A DNA stretch of 44,485 nucleotides from a virus: the IMG/VR virus record IMGVR_UViG_3300045988_082204; one strand, 5' to 3'. Made by a program: the position numbers and the translations under genes. The notes beneath the pieces were generated by a model. That model was not told the DNA's origin. It ran no database searches and saw only the letters and a list, made by a program, of their open reading frames with translations. Position 1 is the first letter of the stretch; each line of letters opens with the position of its first letter. Of the stretch, positions 6,928 to 16,486 are shown one piece after another.

Positions 6928-7503
6928 ATGATTAAATCTTACAACGGCTTTAAAGCAGAACGCACCACAGCGCGTGAAACACTCCCGGCAGGCGGCTATG
7001 TAGCTAAGATCATGGACGCAAGCGTTATCGATTACGATTGGGGCAGCGTCCTGAAAATCGATTTCGACGTTGCTGAAGGTGAACACAAGGGCTTTTTCGC
7101 GGCAGACTACCGTGCCAACACCAACGACGATAAAAAGTGGCGCGGTTGCTATCGCATAAACATCCCGAACGAAAGCAACCAGTATTTCGGCAGTCAGAAA
7201 AAGTCCTTTAACAACCTTATAGCATGCCTTGAGGAAACCAATAACGGCTACCACTGGGATTGGGATGAAGCCAAACTCAAGGGCAAGGGACTCGGCGTTC
7301 TGTTCCGTAATAAGGAATGGGAATATAACGGCAATACCGGCTGGACAACCGAATGCTGCGCCGTTACCACTGCACAGGATGTACGCGACGGCAATTTCAA
7401 AATGCCGAAGGACAAGCCTCTTAAAAAGGCTAACACTACATCCGCTTATCCGGCTGCGACGTTCACAACAATGGACGATGATGATAGCGACTTCCCGTTC
7501 TAA
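6928..7503 (+). CDS. DUF669-like single-strand DNA-binding-type protein
   Basis: The N-terminal pattern is typical of DUF669. The C-terminal acidic tip MDDDDSDFPF resembles the SSB interaction tail. Confidence 0.65.
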   Translation: MIKSYNGFKAERTTARETLPAGGYVAKIMDASVIDYDWGSVLKIDFDVAEGEHKGFFAADYRANTNDDKKWRGCYRINIPNESNQYFGSQKKSFNNLIACLEETNNGYHWDWDEAKLKGKGLGVLFRNKEWEYNGNTGWTTECCAVTTAQDVRDGNFKMPKDKPLKKANTTSAYPAATFTTMDDDDSDFPF

Positions 7504-7508
7504 AGCCC

Positions 7509-8033
7509 ATGACACCACGCGAAATCGAAGATGCGCTCGGAGGCATGGTGATATTGGTAGATACGCGTGAACAGGATACACCACGCTTCAGAGCGCGATT
7601 GAAAAGCATGAACTGCCTTTATGAAAGGTGTAAGCTCGATTTTGGCGACTACTCGGCGAAGTTTTCTATAGGCGGCGAATGGCTGATGCTAAACGCCGCC
7701 GTAGAGCGCAAGATGGATTTTTCAGAATTAGCTCAATGCTTCTGCAATGGCCGTGCGCGCTTCGCACGGGAATTTGAACGCGCCAAAGCTGCCGACGCAA
7801 AGATTTATCTGCTTATCGAAAATCAATGCTGGGAGGATGCCTATAGCGGCAACTATCGCAGTCAGATGAAGCCGCAGGCGTTTGTTGCGTCGCTGCTTGC
7901 GTGGTTGGCGCGTTACCGCTGCCAGATCATATTTTGCGATCAACGCACAAGCGGCAATTTGATACACGATATTCTTTACCGTGAAGGACGCGAAATGCTG
8001 GAAAGGATGATGCTAAGTGAATGCAAAACATAA
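7509..8033 (+). CDS. ERCC4/XPF-type nuclease (probable junction resolvase)
   Basis: VDTREQ...GDY...ERK motif series. Confidence 0.65.
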   Translation: MTPREIEDALGGMVILVDTREQDTPRFRARLKSMNCLYERCKLDFGDYSAKFSIGGEWLMLNAAVERKMDFSELAQCFCNGRARFAREFERAKAADAKIYLLIENQCWEDAYSGNYRSQMKPQAFVASLLAWLARYRCQIIFCDQRTSGNLIHDILYREGREMLERMMLSECKT

Positions 8034-8553
8034 AAGCGCATTAATAAAAGATATGCTTGATTTCGCTGTTGTCGCTACAGCTTACGGGCTTGATTTTAAT
8101 CGCGCCGGTTTTGCAAGATGTCCTTTTCACGCCGAGAAAACGGCATCATTCAAAATCAAAAACCGGCATAGCGCCCATTGCTTTGGCTGTGGCTGGTCAG
8201 GCGATATTATCAATTTTACCGGCCAATTATTCAACCTTGATTTTGAACAGTCTACACGAAAGCTGATTAACGATTTCAACTTACCGATAGTGGCCGACCG
8301 CAAAATGACTTTACGCGAGGACAGCGAGATCACAGCAACCTATAATGCGGCAATAACGGAATATAACAAATGCAAGCAAGCCGAAAAAGAGCTCCAGCAG
8401 CGCTATGAGCGCCTCTTATGGGTATATGCTACACTTGATAAGTGGAAGCGCAAATATGCCCCTGAGAGTCCTACAGAGCCTTTAGACGAGCATTACATCA
8501 TTGCCTGTAAGGAAATCGACGGTGCAGCCTATCGGCTGATGCTGTATTCATAA
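8017..8553 (+). CDS. CHC2 zinc-finger protein (DnaG-type primase zinc-binding domain)
   Basis: CPFHAEKTASFKI...HCFGCGWSGDIINF. Confidence 0.75.
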   Translation: MNAKHKSALIKDMLDFAVVATAYGLDFNRAGFARCPFHAEKTASFKIKNRHSAHCFGCGWSGDIINFTGQLFNLDFEQSTRKLINDFNLPIVADRKMTLREDSEITATYNAAITEYNKCKQAEKELQQRYERLLWVYATLDKWKRKYAPESPTEPLDEHYIIACKEIDGAAYRLMLYS

Positions 8554-8563
8554 GGGGGATAGT

Positions 8564-10054
8564 ATGACGAAACTGATTGACTGCAACCAATTAACGGATG
8601 AAGCCATAGCAAACATGGACGCTGCCGAGCTTATAAACTCCGTTTTGGTTTCGTTTGATATCCCCGACGTGATAGAACGCGAACGCATACAGGCGCTTAT
8701 GCAGATAAGAGCGGCAGAAGTTGGCGCAAAAGTAGTCGTTAACCGTCAGCTCGGCGCGTACCGTCAAAAAGACAAGCAACTCGAAGCTGATTTTAAAAAA
8801 TCACAGGCGCAAGATAGAAACGACCTTGATCTACGCTTAAACGACAAAGGCGTACCCGTTCCGATTATCGACAATTTTCTTAAAATCATGCGCGGAAGAA
8901 TGGAATACAGCAGCATTCGTTTTAATGTGCTGCGCAATTCACCTGAGATCACGCATAACGGCGAAATATGCCGATGGTCAGACGCGGATGCGGCACAAAG
9001 CCGAAATTTCTGTGAAGCCAATTACGGCCTGTACAGCGATAAAAAACACTCTGACGCTTTACGCATTTTGTGGAAAGAACGCGAATATAACCCGATAAAG
9101 GACATAGTTGACACTCTTGAATGGGACGGAGAAGAACGTTGCATACATTTTCTCTCTAAATGGGCAAAAGTCGAGGACACCGCCTATACCCGTGAGGTCA
9201 GCCGCCTGATATTCGCTGGCGGCATTAACCGGCTCTATCTGCCCGGTTGCAAGTTTGATGATGTTCCCGTACTCATCGGTGCAAAGCAGGGCGAAGGCAA
9301 ATCCACGCTTGTCAAATGGCTTGCTATTAACGATAGTTATTTTTCTGAAGTAACCGAAATGGACGGTCAAAAGGCCATAGAGCAATTAGAAGGCGCGTGG
9401 ATATGCGAGGTCGCGGAGCTGCTTGCGCTTACCAAAACAAAAGAGCAAGAGGCCGTCAAGTCCTACATAACACGGCAGCGCGACAAATACAGACCGCCTT
9501 ATGACGTTAATGCAATGGAGTTTCCGCGCCGGTGCATCTTTATAGGCACTACCAATAACGAACAATTCTTGCGCGACAAGACCGGCAACCGTCGTTTTTA
9601 CCCCGTAACAGTCAACAGCAATGGTTATGATCTACACGATCATGAGCAGGAATGCCGCGATTATATCATTCAATGCTGGGCAGAAGCGCGTGTGAAATTT
9701 GAGCAAGGCGAAATGCCAGCTTTCGCAGATCGTTCTCTGCTGTCCGAATACAAGCATGCACAGGATGAAGCAATGGAGGATGATTGGCGTATTGGCGTTA
9801 TTGAAAAGTACCTTGATGAGAAGTCACCGGGCGATACCGTATGCATCAAGGAACTCAAATGTGAGGCGCTATTTCCTGACAGTGATTTCCAAAGAGATTT
9901 AACGCCAAAAGAGACGCAAGAAATTTATCGCATCGTTGCTACAATGTCGGAATGGGCAAATGTAGGCAGAAAATACACTGCAAAATACGGTCGCCAAAGG
10001 TGTTGGCAGAAAAAAATAGGGGATATCAAAAATGCTGATGAATTACCTTTTTGA
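8564..10054 (+). CDS. VirE-family primase/helicase-like P-loop protein
   Basis: LIGAKQGEGKST (Walker A), ICEVAEL, FIGTTNN...GNRRFYPV pattern of virulence-associated protein E. Confidence 0.8.
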   Translation: MTKLIDCNQLTDEAIANMDAAELINSVLVSFDIPDVIERERIQALMQIRAAEVGAKVVVNRQLGAYRQKDKQLEADFKKSQAQDRNDLDLRLNDKGVPVPIIDNFLKIMRGRMEYSSIRFNVLRNSPEITHNGEICRWSDADAAQSRNFCEANYGLYSDKKHSDALRILWKEREYNPIKDIVDTLEWDGEERCIHFLSKWAKVEDTAYTREVSRLIFAGGINRLYLPGCKFDDVPVLIGAKQGEGKSTLVKWLAINDSYFSEVTEMDGQKAIEQLEGAWICEVAELLALTKTKEQEAVKSYITRQRDKYRPPYDVNAMEFPRRCIFIGTTNNEQFLRDKTGNRRFYPVTVNSNGYDLHDHEQECRDYIIQCWAEARVKFEQGEMPAFADRSLLSEYKHAQDEAMEDDWRIGVIEKYLDEKSPGDTVCIKELKCEALFPDSDFQRDLTPKETQEIYRIVATMSEWANVGRKYTAKYGRQRCWQKKIGDIKNADELPF

Positions 10055-10106
10055 TGCTTTGCATAATTTTCAAACGCAGAATTTGTATAAAAGCTACAAC
10101 GAGAAC

Positions 10107-10320
10107 GGGACAGGGTATAGACCTGTCCTACCCCTGTCCCGTACCCTGTCCCGTGGCTCAACCCCTTGATTTATCTATCTTTTTTCTCTTTTACAGGACA
10201 GGGGGACAGGTAAATTAATATAAAAAGAGTTTTCCGTAAAATAGAGTATGGTGTACACCATATAAGAAAACGAAACACTTATATAGGGAAACCGCGTGCC
10301 TACCCGTCCCCTGTCCCGTA
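10107..10320. promoter_or_regulatory. Iteron cluster / putative origin of replication
   Basis: About 8 copies of CCTGTCC/GGACAGG in both orientations (10107-10153, 10195-10210, 10303-10320). They flank a T-rich tract (10165-10192) and a perfect 16-bp palindrome, tatggtgtacaccata (10247-10262). The cluster lies just downstream of the VirE gene. Confidence 0.55.
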
Positions 10321-10350
10321 TCAAAAAATTCAAAATTGGAGGTGTTCAAA

Positions 10351-10716
10351 ATGGTCAATTTGTCAATAACTGCAAAAAATATCATACTTCAGGCAGCGCA
10401 AAATTTGCCTTTGCAAGGCGAACAATCACCGGCAGACGAGCTGCTGTATTACCAAGCCCGTGAGCTCTACGATCTTCACGCTAAAGGCATGATAACCGCC
10501 GCTATAGGCGCTGAACGTAAAAGCAAAATAATAGCCGCCTATATAATTAACTCAAATCGTGAGCAGCAATATACTCGAAGCAACAGGCAAATTGCAGAAT
10601 TCTACAAATCAATCGAGGCTGCCGGTTGTAATTATGCCAAAAATCGAACAATCGAAAACGCCGATCAACTATACTACGAAGTCTATCACATGATACCGAA
10701 AGGAGCGAGTATATGA
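10351..10716 (+). CDS. Hypothetical protein
   Basis: ATG 10351 lies 7 nt after GGAGGTG. Confidence 0.6.
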   Translation: MVNLSITAKNIILQAAQNLPLQGEQSPADELLYYQARELYDLHAKGMITAAIGAERKSKIIAAYIINSNREQQYTRSNRQIAEFYKSIEAAGCNYAKNRTIENADQLYYEVYHMIPKGASI

Positions 10717-10916
10717 GTAGGCCAAAAATGACCAAAGCAGAAATTCAGGAAGCGCTTGAAGGCGTAGGCGCTATAGCGGAAGTGTGCGTGGTTTTTTATC
10801 ATGCCGCGTTAGATGCCGGTGCTAACAAGTATGAAGCGGCAGAGTTGACACGCGCATACATAGCGGCATCATTTATGGGTCGCGTCGGTAATACAGAAAG
10901 GGAACAAAATGCCTAA
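10713..10916 (+). CDS. Hypothetical protein
   Basis: 67-aa ORF; the start overlaps the upstream stop (ATGA). Confidence 0.5.
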   Translation: MSRPKMTKAEIQEALEGVGAIAEVCVVFYHAALDAGANKYEAAELTRAYIAASFMGRVGNTEREQNA

Positions 10917-11340
10917 ATACAAATCATCAATATCACCGCGTGTACGGGGTATGGTGGAATGGCAGCTTGAACATTACCGCGAATACAAAGATGAAATACA
11001 GCAATATTGGGCTGATATGATACCGTCGGCAACACCAAAGTATACGGACGGCAAAGGCGGCGGAGAAGTTAGCAGAAACACCGAAAACACCGCGCTGCGC
11101 ATAGCGTCATCTCCTTATCTGGTGCAGACGGAACGTAGCTGCAAGGCGATTGAATATGTGCTTAAAAACGCCGACAACATCGACCGGAGGCTTGTGGAGC
11201 TTGTGTACTGGAAACAGGCTTACACTGTGGCAGGTGCAGCGCAGTTGTTGCATATAAGCCGTTCGGCAGCTTACAGGCGAAAAGACAGAATTCTATACAA
11301 TATAGCGACTGAATTAGGGTATGTTCCAATTAATTTCTAA
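10909..11340 (+). CDS. ArpU/RinA-like late-gene transcriptional activator (sigma region-4-like HTH)
   Basis: Position just upstream of the packaging genes. The C-terminal part reads YTVAGAAQLLHISRSAAYRRKDRIL (HTH). Confidence 0.6.
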   Translation: MPKYKSSISPRVRGMVEWQLEHYREYKDEIQQYWADMIPSATPKYTDGKGGGEVSRNTENTALRIASSPYLVQTERSCKAIEYVLKNADNIDRRLVELVYWKQAYTVAGAAQLLHISRSAAYRRKDRILYNIATELGYVPINF

Positions 11341-11389
11341 AAAAGTGGGACAAAAGTGGGATTTTTGACCCCATAAACTGTGGTAAAAT
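11341..11389 (+). promoter_or_regulatory. Putative late promoter: two AAAAGTGGGA boxes plus an extended -10
   Basis: 10-nt direct repeat at 11341-11350 and 11352-11361 (11-nt period). TGgTAAAAT at 11381-11389. It lies immediately after the activator gene. Confidence 0.4.
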
Positions 11390-11555
11390 GATATTGTGGA
11401 AATGTAATAGATAGACTATTTGTTATCTCCTTATCCCTCTTTTCCTTTCCGGCGGCGGGGGCGGCTCGCGGACATTTTCTCTGTGTTTTGTCATGATGAC
11501 CTCCTTTTCTTCCTTTCTTAATTCCACGTTCCCTTTCCGTGCTCCCGCCGCGAGT

Positions 11556-11600
11556 AAGCAGGCAGCTGAAATATGCTGCTTGCTTATTTTATAACTTTTT
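11556..11600 (+). terminator. Strong hairpin plus U-rich tail inside the late leader
   Basis: 11-bp stem aagcaggcagc/gctgcttgctt (one G-U), 8-nt loop, then attttataactttttt. Confidence 0.5.
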
Positions 11601-11615
11601 TCAGGTAACAGCCGA

Positions 11616-11831
11616 ATGAGTGAAGCACTTAAACGCATGGCAGCAGAATACCGCGCTAATGCCGGTTTGCTGCTTAAACGCATAAACGAATTAAAATCAG
11701 AGCTTGCACGAACTGATTGTAAAACGTCCGACTGGACGCGGCTGCGAGGCAGGATAATGATACTTGAAAGCCTGTACGCCGATAGCATCAGTACAGCAAG
11801 GTATTTAGAAAACTATCATGGGGGTAACTGA
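11616..11831 (+). CDS. Hypothetical helical protein upstream of terminase
   Basis: 71-aa ORF with a weak SD. The position is conserved-looking, but no family was recognised. Confidence 0.45.
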   Translation: MSEALKRMAAEYRANAGLLLKRINELKSELARTDCKTSDWTRLRGRIMILESLYADSISTARYLENYHGGN

Positions 11832-11837
11832 CATGAG

Positions 11838-12410
11838 GTGGTGAATGTGGTAAAGCTAACTGAAAAGCAAAAGCGTTTTGTGCAGGAATATCTTGTGGAT
11901 CTTAATGCTACACAAGCTGCCATCCGCGCCGGATATAGTCCGAAAACAGCAAATCGTATCGGGTCGCAAAACTTGTCAAAAGTTGATATTCAATCTGAAA
12001 TTGAGAAACGGCGAACGGCGCTACGGAGCAAATTAGAAATTACACAGGAAAAAGTATTGCAAGAGCTTGCTGCAATCGCCTTTGCTAACGGCTATGATTT
12101 CGCACAGGTAATTAAACCGGGCGTTGTTCGCATTATACCAACAGAAGAAATACCACAAGATAAACGCAAAGCTGTTGCGTCAATCAAAGAAACAGCAAAT
12201 GGCGCAGAAATAAAGACTTACGACAAAGTACGCGCTTTAGAGCTTTTGGGCAAGCATCTCGGCATATTTGATAGCAATAACAATACTATTACCGAACAAG
12301 AAAACAATATTTTTGAAGTGATTAACCAAAGCACTAACGGAGAGCTGAATACAAGTGCAATATCAGAAATTGAGTACACGTCAAAACCTAACAATGACAT
12401 GGTGGAATAG
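11838..12410 (+). CDS. terS: Terminase small subunit
   Basis: LTEKQKRFVQEYLVDLNATQAAIRAGYSPKTA pattern of P27/Terminase_2-type TerS. The GTG start is uncertain (11838/11847). Confidence 0.85.
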   Translation: MVNVVKLTEKQKRFVQEYLVDLNATQAAIRAGYSPKTANRIGSQNLSKVDIQSEIEKRRTALRSKLEITQEKVLQELAAIAFANGYDFAQVIKPGVVRIIPTEEIPQDKRKAVASIKETANGAEIKTYDKVRALELLGKHLGIFDSNNNTITEQENNIFEVINQSTNGELNTSAISEIEYTSKPNNDMVE

Positions 12411-13578
12411 GCCGGGCTTTAATAACTATGAAGGTATCATTTGCGACGGTTCTATTCGTTCCGGCAAAACTGTTGCCATGACAGTTGGATTTATCATGTG
12501 GGCAATGTTTAATTTTGATGGACAAAATTTTGCACTTTGCGGCAAGACCATAGAAAGTTTGCGCCGAAACGTAACCAGTAATCTTTCCACATGGTTGCGC
12601 GGCGTGTTTACTTTCAAAGAACATCGTACAGAAAACAAAATTGTGGTACGTGCCGGTAGCAAGTCGAACAGTTTTTATTTGTTCGGAGGCAAAGACGAAA
12701 GCTCGCAAGATTTAATACAGGGTATTACGTTAGCTGGTATTTTGCTTGACGAAGTTGCTTTGATGCCGGAAAGCTTTGTTAACCAAGCAACTGGTCGTTG
12801 CTCGGTCACGGGTAGTAAGCTATGGTTTAACTGCAATCCCGCGAGCCCGTCCCATTGGTTTTATACTAAGTGGGTTTTGGAAGCAAAAAAGCGGAATTTG
12901 CTGCATCTTCATTTTACTATGGATGATAATTTTAGCTTATCCGACGAAGTTAGGGCACGATATGAAAGCCTTTATTCCGGCGTGTTTTATGATCGCTTTA
13001 TTCGCGGCTTGTGGGTAGTTGCCGAAGGGCTTATTTATACGATGTTCGATAAGGATAAACACATCGTACCGACTGTTGAACGCCCGTACACCGATTACAT
13101 GATATCGTGCGACTATGGCACACTTAACCCTACGGCGGCTGAACTGTGGGGGCGCTATGATGGCAAATGGTATTGTATACGTGAATACTACTACGACGGG
13201 CGCAAGCAGCAGCGGCAGCGCACAGACGAAGAACATTATGCAGCCGTTGAAGCGTTAGCCGGTGACCTGCCTATTAGAAAGATAATCGTTGATCCGTCGG
13301 CAGCGTCGTTTATTGAAGTCATACGCCGTCACGGGCGCTTTATGGTGGAACAGGCCAGCAACCGGGTTATCGACGGTATACGCGACGTGGCGACGCATTT
13401 AAACGCCGGTGACATTTTATTTAATGACTGCTGCAAGGACTGCATAAGCGAATTCGGCTTGTATCGCTGGGATGAAAAAGCCGCCGAAGACAGGCCGCTA
13501 AAGGTTTCAGATCACGCGATGGACAGCACCAGGTACTTTGTGCGTGCAGCATTTGCACCGTCGAGATTTAGCTTTTAA
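12355..13578 (+). CDS. terL: Terminase large subunit
   Basis: Walker A SIRSGKT, Walker B ILLDEVA and a C-terminal nuclease-like half. GTG start overlaps terS. Confidence 0.85.
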   Translation: MQYQKLSTRQNLTMTWWNRPGFNNYEGIICDGSIRSGKTVAMTVGFIMWAMFNFDGQNFALCGKTIESLRRNVTSNLSTWLRGVFTFKEHRTENKIVVRAGSKSNSFYLFGGKDESSQDLIQGITLAGILLDEVALMPESFVNQATGRCSVTGSKLWFNCNPASPSHWFYTKWVLEAKKRNLLHLHFTMDDNFSLSDEVRARYESLYSGVFYDRFIRGLWVVAEGLIYTMFDKDKHIVPTVERPYTDYMISCDYGTLNPTAAELWGRYDGKWYCIREYYYDGRKQQRQRTDEEHYAAVEALAGDLPIRKIIVDPSAASFIEVIRRHGRFMVEQASNRVIDGIRDVATHLNAGDILFNDCCKDCISEFGLYRWDEKAAEDRPLKVSDHAMDSTRYFVRAAFAPSRFSF

Positions 13579-13590
13579 AGGGGACATTAT

Positions 13591-15084
13591 ATGCCTTTAT
13601 TCAACGAACCGATAGAACAAGAATTGTGGAATTACCGCATTAAAGCCAATCAGCCGATGTCCGAAGCGCAGTTTTTTGCGCGTGAATTGGAAGCTTGGCG
13701 CTGCTCCGAAGCGCGTCGTGAAATGCTCGACGGCGCACGGTACTACAGCGGCGATCAGGATATATTGCGCAGGCAGCGAACGAGCATAGGCGAAAACGGC
13801 CAGCTTGTGGCGGTTGATAATCTGCCCAATAACAAGATTGTTGATAACCAGTATGCAAAGCATGCCGATGTTAAAAAGAATTACATAGTCGGCAAGCCTA
13901 TAACGTTCGCAGGCAAAAACGAAACGTACCTTGATGCGCTTAAAAAGGTGCTGGGCGCACGCTTCATGCGGACGATAAAGAATGCTGTTATTGAAAGCTT
14001 CAACAGCGGTATAAGCTGGCTGTACCCGTATTACGATAGAACGGGGCAGCTGGCTTTTAAACTGTTTCCTGGCTATGAAATCCTGCCGTTTTGGGCAGAT
14101 GCGGAACACACGGTGCTTGATGCGGCTATAAGGTTGTATCAGGTAGAAGTGTATTACGCAAGCGAAAAGAAAATAATCGAAAAGGCCGATATTTTCAAGC
14201 CGGACGGCGTGGCAACGTACATCTTTGAAAACGGTACGCTTACGCCAGATAGCACAAAGCAGAGCTATATAACGCTTACCGATGCCAGCGGCAGCACAGA
14301 GGGCTACAATTGGGCGCATTTCCCCTTGATACCCATAAAGTATAACGCGCAGGAAATTCCGCTCATACGCCGCTGTAGGTCGTTACAGGACGCTATCAAC
14401 CTGATTGAAAGCGACTTTGTAAACAACATGCAGGAAGACGCACGAAATACGGTGCTTATCTTGAAAAACTACGACGGTCAGGATTTGGGCGAATTCCGCA
14501 AGAACATCAGCACTTACGGCGCTGTAAAGGTGCGCACGGTCGAGGGCGTTGACGGCGGTGTTGATAGTCTTGAAATCACGGTGAATGCCGAGAACTATAA
14601 GACTGTACTTGATCTGCTGAAAAAGTCTCTGATAGAAAATCTGCGCAGCTACGATGCAAAAGACGACCGCATGTCAAATTCGCCTAATCAGATGAATATA
14701 CAGTCGATGTACTCGGACATTGACCTTGATGCGAATGACACAGAGGTTGAATTACAGGCGGCATTTGAAGAAATATTGTGGTTTGTGAACACCTATCTTG
14801 CAAGCAAGGGTCAGTCGGTCGATGCCGCCGAGAATGTAGAAGTGATATTTAACCGCGATGTGCTGATAAACGAAACTGAAGCTATCAGCAATTGTGCTGC
14901 GTCCGTCGGCATCATATCCGACGATACGATAGTTTCTATGCATCCTTGGGTAAAAGACCCTGCTGCCGAGCTTAAGAAGCTTGAAAAGCAGAAGGAGGAA
15001 GCAGACCCCTACAGAGCGGCGTTTGAAATGGCGCGGAATAATCAGAACGCCGATGACGGTGCACCAACGATAGATGAAGAATGA
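13591..15084 (+). CDS. Portal protein (SPP1 gp6-like)
   Basis: 497 aa, directly after TerL and before the MuF-like protein. Acidic C-terminus. Confidence 0.8.
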   Translation: MPLFNEPIEQELWNYRIKANQPMSEAQFFARELEAWRCSEARREMLDGARYYSGDQDILRRQRTSIGENGQLVAVDNLPNNKIVDNQYAKHADVKKNYIVGKPITFAGKNETYLDALKKVLGARFMRTIKNAVIESFNSGISWLYPYYDRTGQLAFKLFPGYEILPFWADAEHTVLDAAIRLYQVEVYYASEKKIIEKADIFKPDGVATYIFENGTLTPDSTKQSYITLTDASGSTEGYNWAHFPLIPIKYNAQEIPLIRRCRSLQDAINLIESDFVNNMQEDARNTVLILKNYDGQDLGEFRKNISTYGAVKVRTVEGVDGGVDSLEITVNAENYKTVLDLLKKSLIENLRSYDAKDDRMSNSPNQMNIQSMYSDIDLDANDTEVELQAAFEEILWFVNTYLASKGQSVDAAENVEVIFNRDVLINETEAISNCAASVGIISDDTIVSMHPWVKDPAAELKKLEKQKEEADPYRAAFEMARNNQNADDGAPTIDEE

Positions 15085-16486
15085 TGCATACTGGGCTAAC
15101 CGCATGCGCATCCTTGAGGACGCGCTATTAGATACCGGCTTTGAATACGTTCAGAACCTTGAACGCCAATACGATAAGGCCATACGCGATATTGAAACAG
15201 ATATAGCGCACTGGTATCAGCGATTTGCAAAAAACAACGAAATATCGCTGAACGATGCACGAAAGCTGCTTAATTCACAGGAGCTTAAAGAATTCAAGTG
15301 GACTGTCGAGGAATACATCAAATACGGCAAAGAAAACGCCGTTAACGGTGCATGGATAAAGCAGCTTGAAAACGCGTCGGCGCGAGTCCATATATCGCGG
15401 CTGGAAACTATAAAGCTTCAGCTACAGCAGCAGGCCGAAGTTTTAGCCGCAAAGCAGACGGAAGCCGCCAAGGGCGTTTCGGAGGGAGTTTATAGATCGA
15501 GCTACTATCACACTGCGTTTGAACTGCAAAAGGGCGTAGGCGTAGGCTGGACGCTTCATGCAATAGATGAAAATGTGATAGAAAAGGTGTTATCTCGTCC
15601 GTGGACGCTGGATAAGCAGACGTTCAGTGACCGTATATGGGCGAACAAACAGGCGCTTGTGAACACCGTCAATACGCAGATAACGCAGATGGTAATGCGC
15701 GGCGCTGCACCTGATAACACTATCAAGGTTATTGCCGACCGTTTCAAGGTATCTAAATCGCAGGCCGGACGGCTGGTGATGACAGAAAGCGCGGCATTCG
15801 CCAACGAAGCGCGTAAGGACTGCTTCAAAGACCTTGACGTTGAAAAGTACGTCATTGTCGAAACGCTTGACGGCAAAACATGCAGCCTGTGCGCACAGCT
15901 TGACGGCAAGGTATACCCCATGTCCGAATACGCTATAGGCGTGACTGCTCCACCGTTTCACCCGTGGTGCAGGGGCACAACAGCGCCGTACTTTGACGAT
16001 ATGGACGATATCGCCGAACGCTGGGCGCGAGACCCTGAAACGGGAAAGACCTACACCGTGCCTGGCAGCATGACCTATAAGCAGTGGGCGGCAAAGCAAA
16101 CAGGGCTTGCAAAAAGCGTTAAACCGCTTGAAAAATCTGCGAAAAGTGGTATAATGTCTTTGCCTGATATTGAAATCGGCAAGAGTATTGGAGCAAAAGC
16201 GAAAAACTACGATATAATGGATTTGAGTACGGGCGAAATGTTTCATTTTGCTGAGGGTACGAAAATTCAAAATGTTAAAGTTTTTGCTGGAAAAGGTACG
16301 AACATCGTCTTTAGGCGAGCAAGTTTTTATGCTGAGCGATATGGTGGCAAACCCGAAGATTGGCAGCACGCTAAGGGGTTTGGGGTGCTATCTACAGCTG
16401 ATGGGGATCGTGAAGCTGAAATCCATTGGGTACAATGTGCTGATATTGGCAAACATGAATTTTTCGTAAAGGAGTGGCTGGGTTGA
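15074..16486 (+). CDS. Head morphogenesis protein (SPP1 gp7 / Mu F family) with a ~125-aa C-terminal extension
   Basis: MuF core reads TLDGKTCSLCAQLDGKVY...PPFHPWCRGT. Extra C-terminal module reads ...VFAGKGTNIVFRRASFYAERYGGKPEDWQHAKGFG...AEIHWVQ...FFVKEWL. Confidence 0.8.
   Translation: MKNDAYWANRMRILEDALLDTGFEYVQNLERQYDKAIRDIETDIAHWYQRFAKNNEISLNDARKLLNSQELKEFKWTVEEYIKYGKENAVNGAWIKQLENASARVHISRLETIKLQLQQQAEVLAAKQTEAAKGVSEGVYRSSYYHTAFELQKGVGVGWTLHAIDENVIEKVLSRPWTLDKQTFSDRIWANKQALVNTVNTQITQMVMRGAAPDNTIKVIADRFKVSKSQAGRLVMTESAAFANEARKDCFKDLDVEKYVIVETLDGKTCSLCAQLDGKVYPMSEYAIGVTAPPFHPWCRGTTAPYFDDMDDIAERWARDPETGKTYTVPGSMTYKQWAAKQTGLAKSVKPLEKSAKSGIMSLPDIEIGKSIGAKAKNYDIMDLSTGEMFHFAEGTKIQNVKVFAGKGTNIVFRRASFYAERYGGKPEDWQHAKGFGVLSTADGDREAEIHWVQCADIGKHEFFVKEWLG

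Noticed and set aside
11423-11788. A 121-aa minus-strand ORF across the late leader and the 11616-11831 gene.
   Set aside because: Most of it is antisense to a + ORF and to polypyrimidine leader sequence. Only its last 23 codons have a start/SD context. That micro-ORF is reported separately as a low-confidence curiosity.
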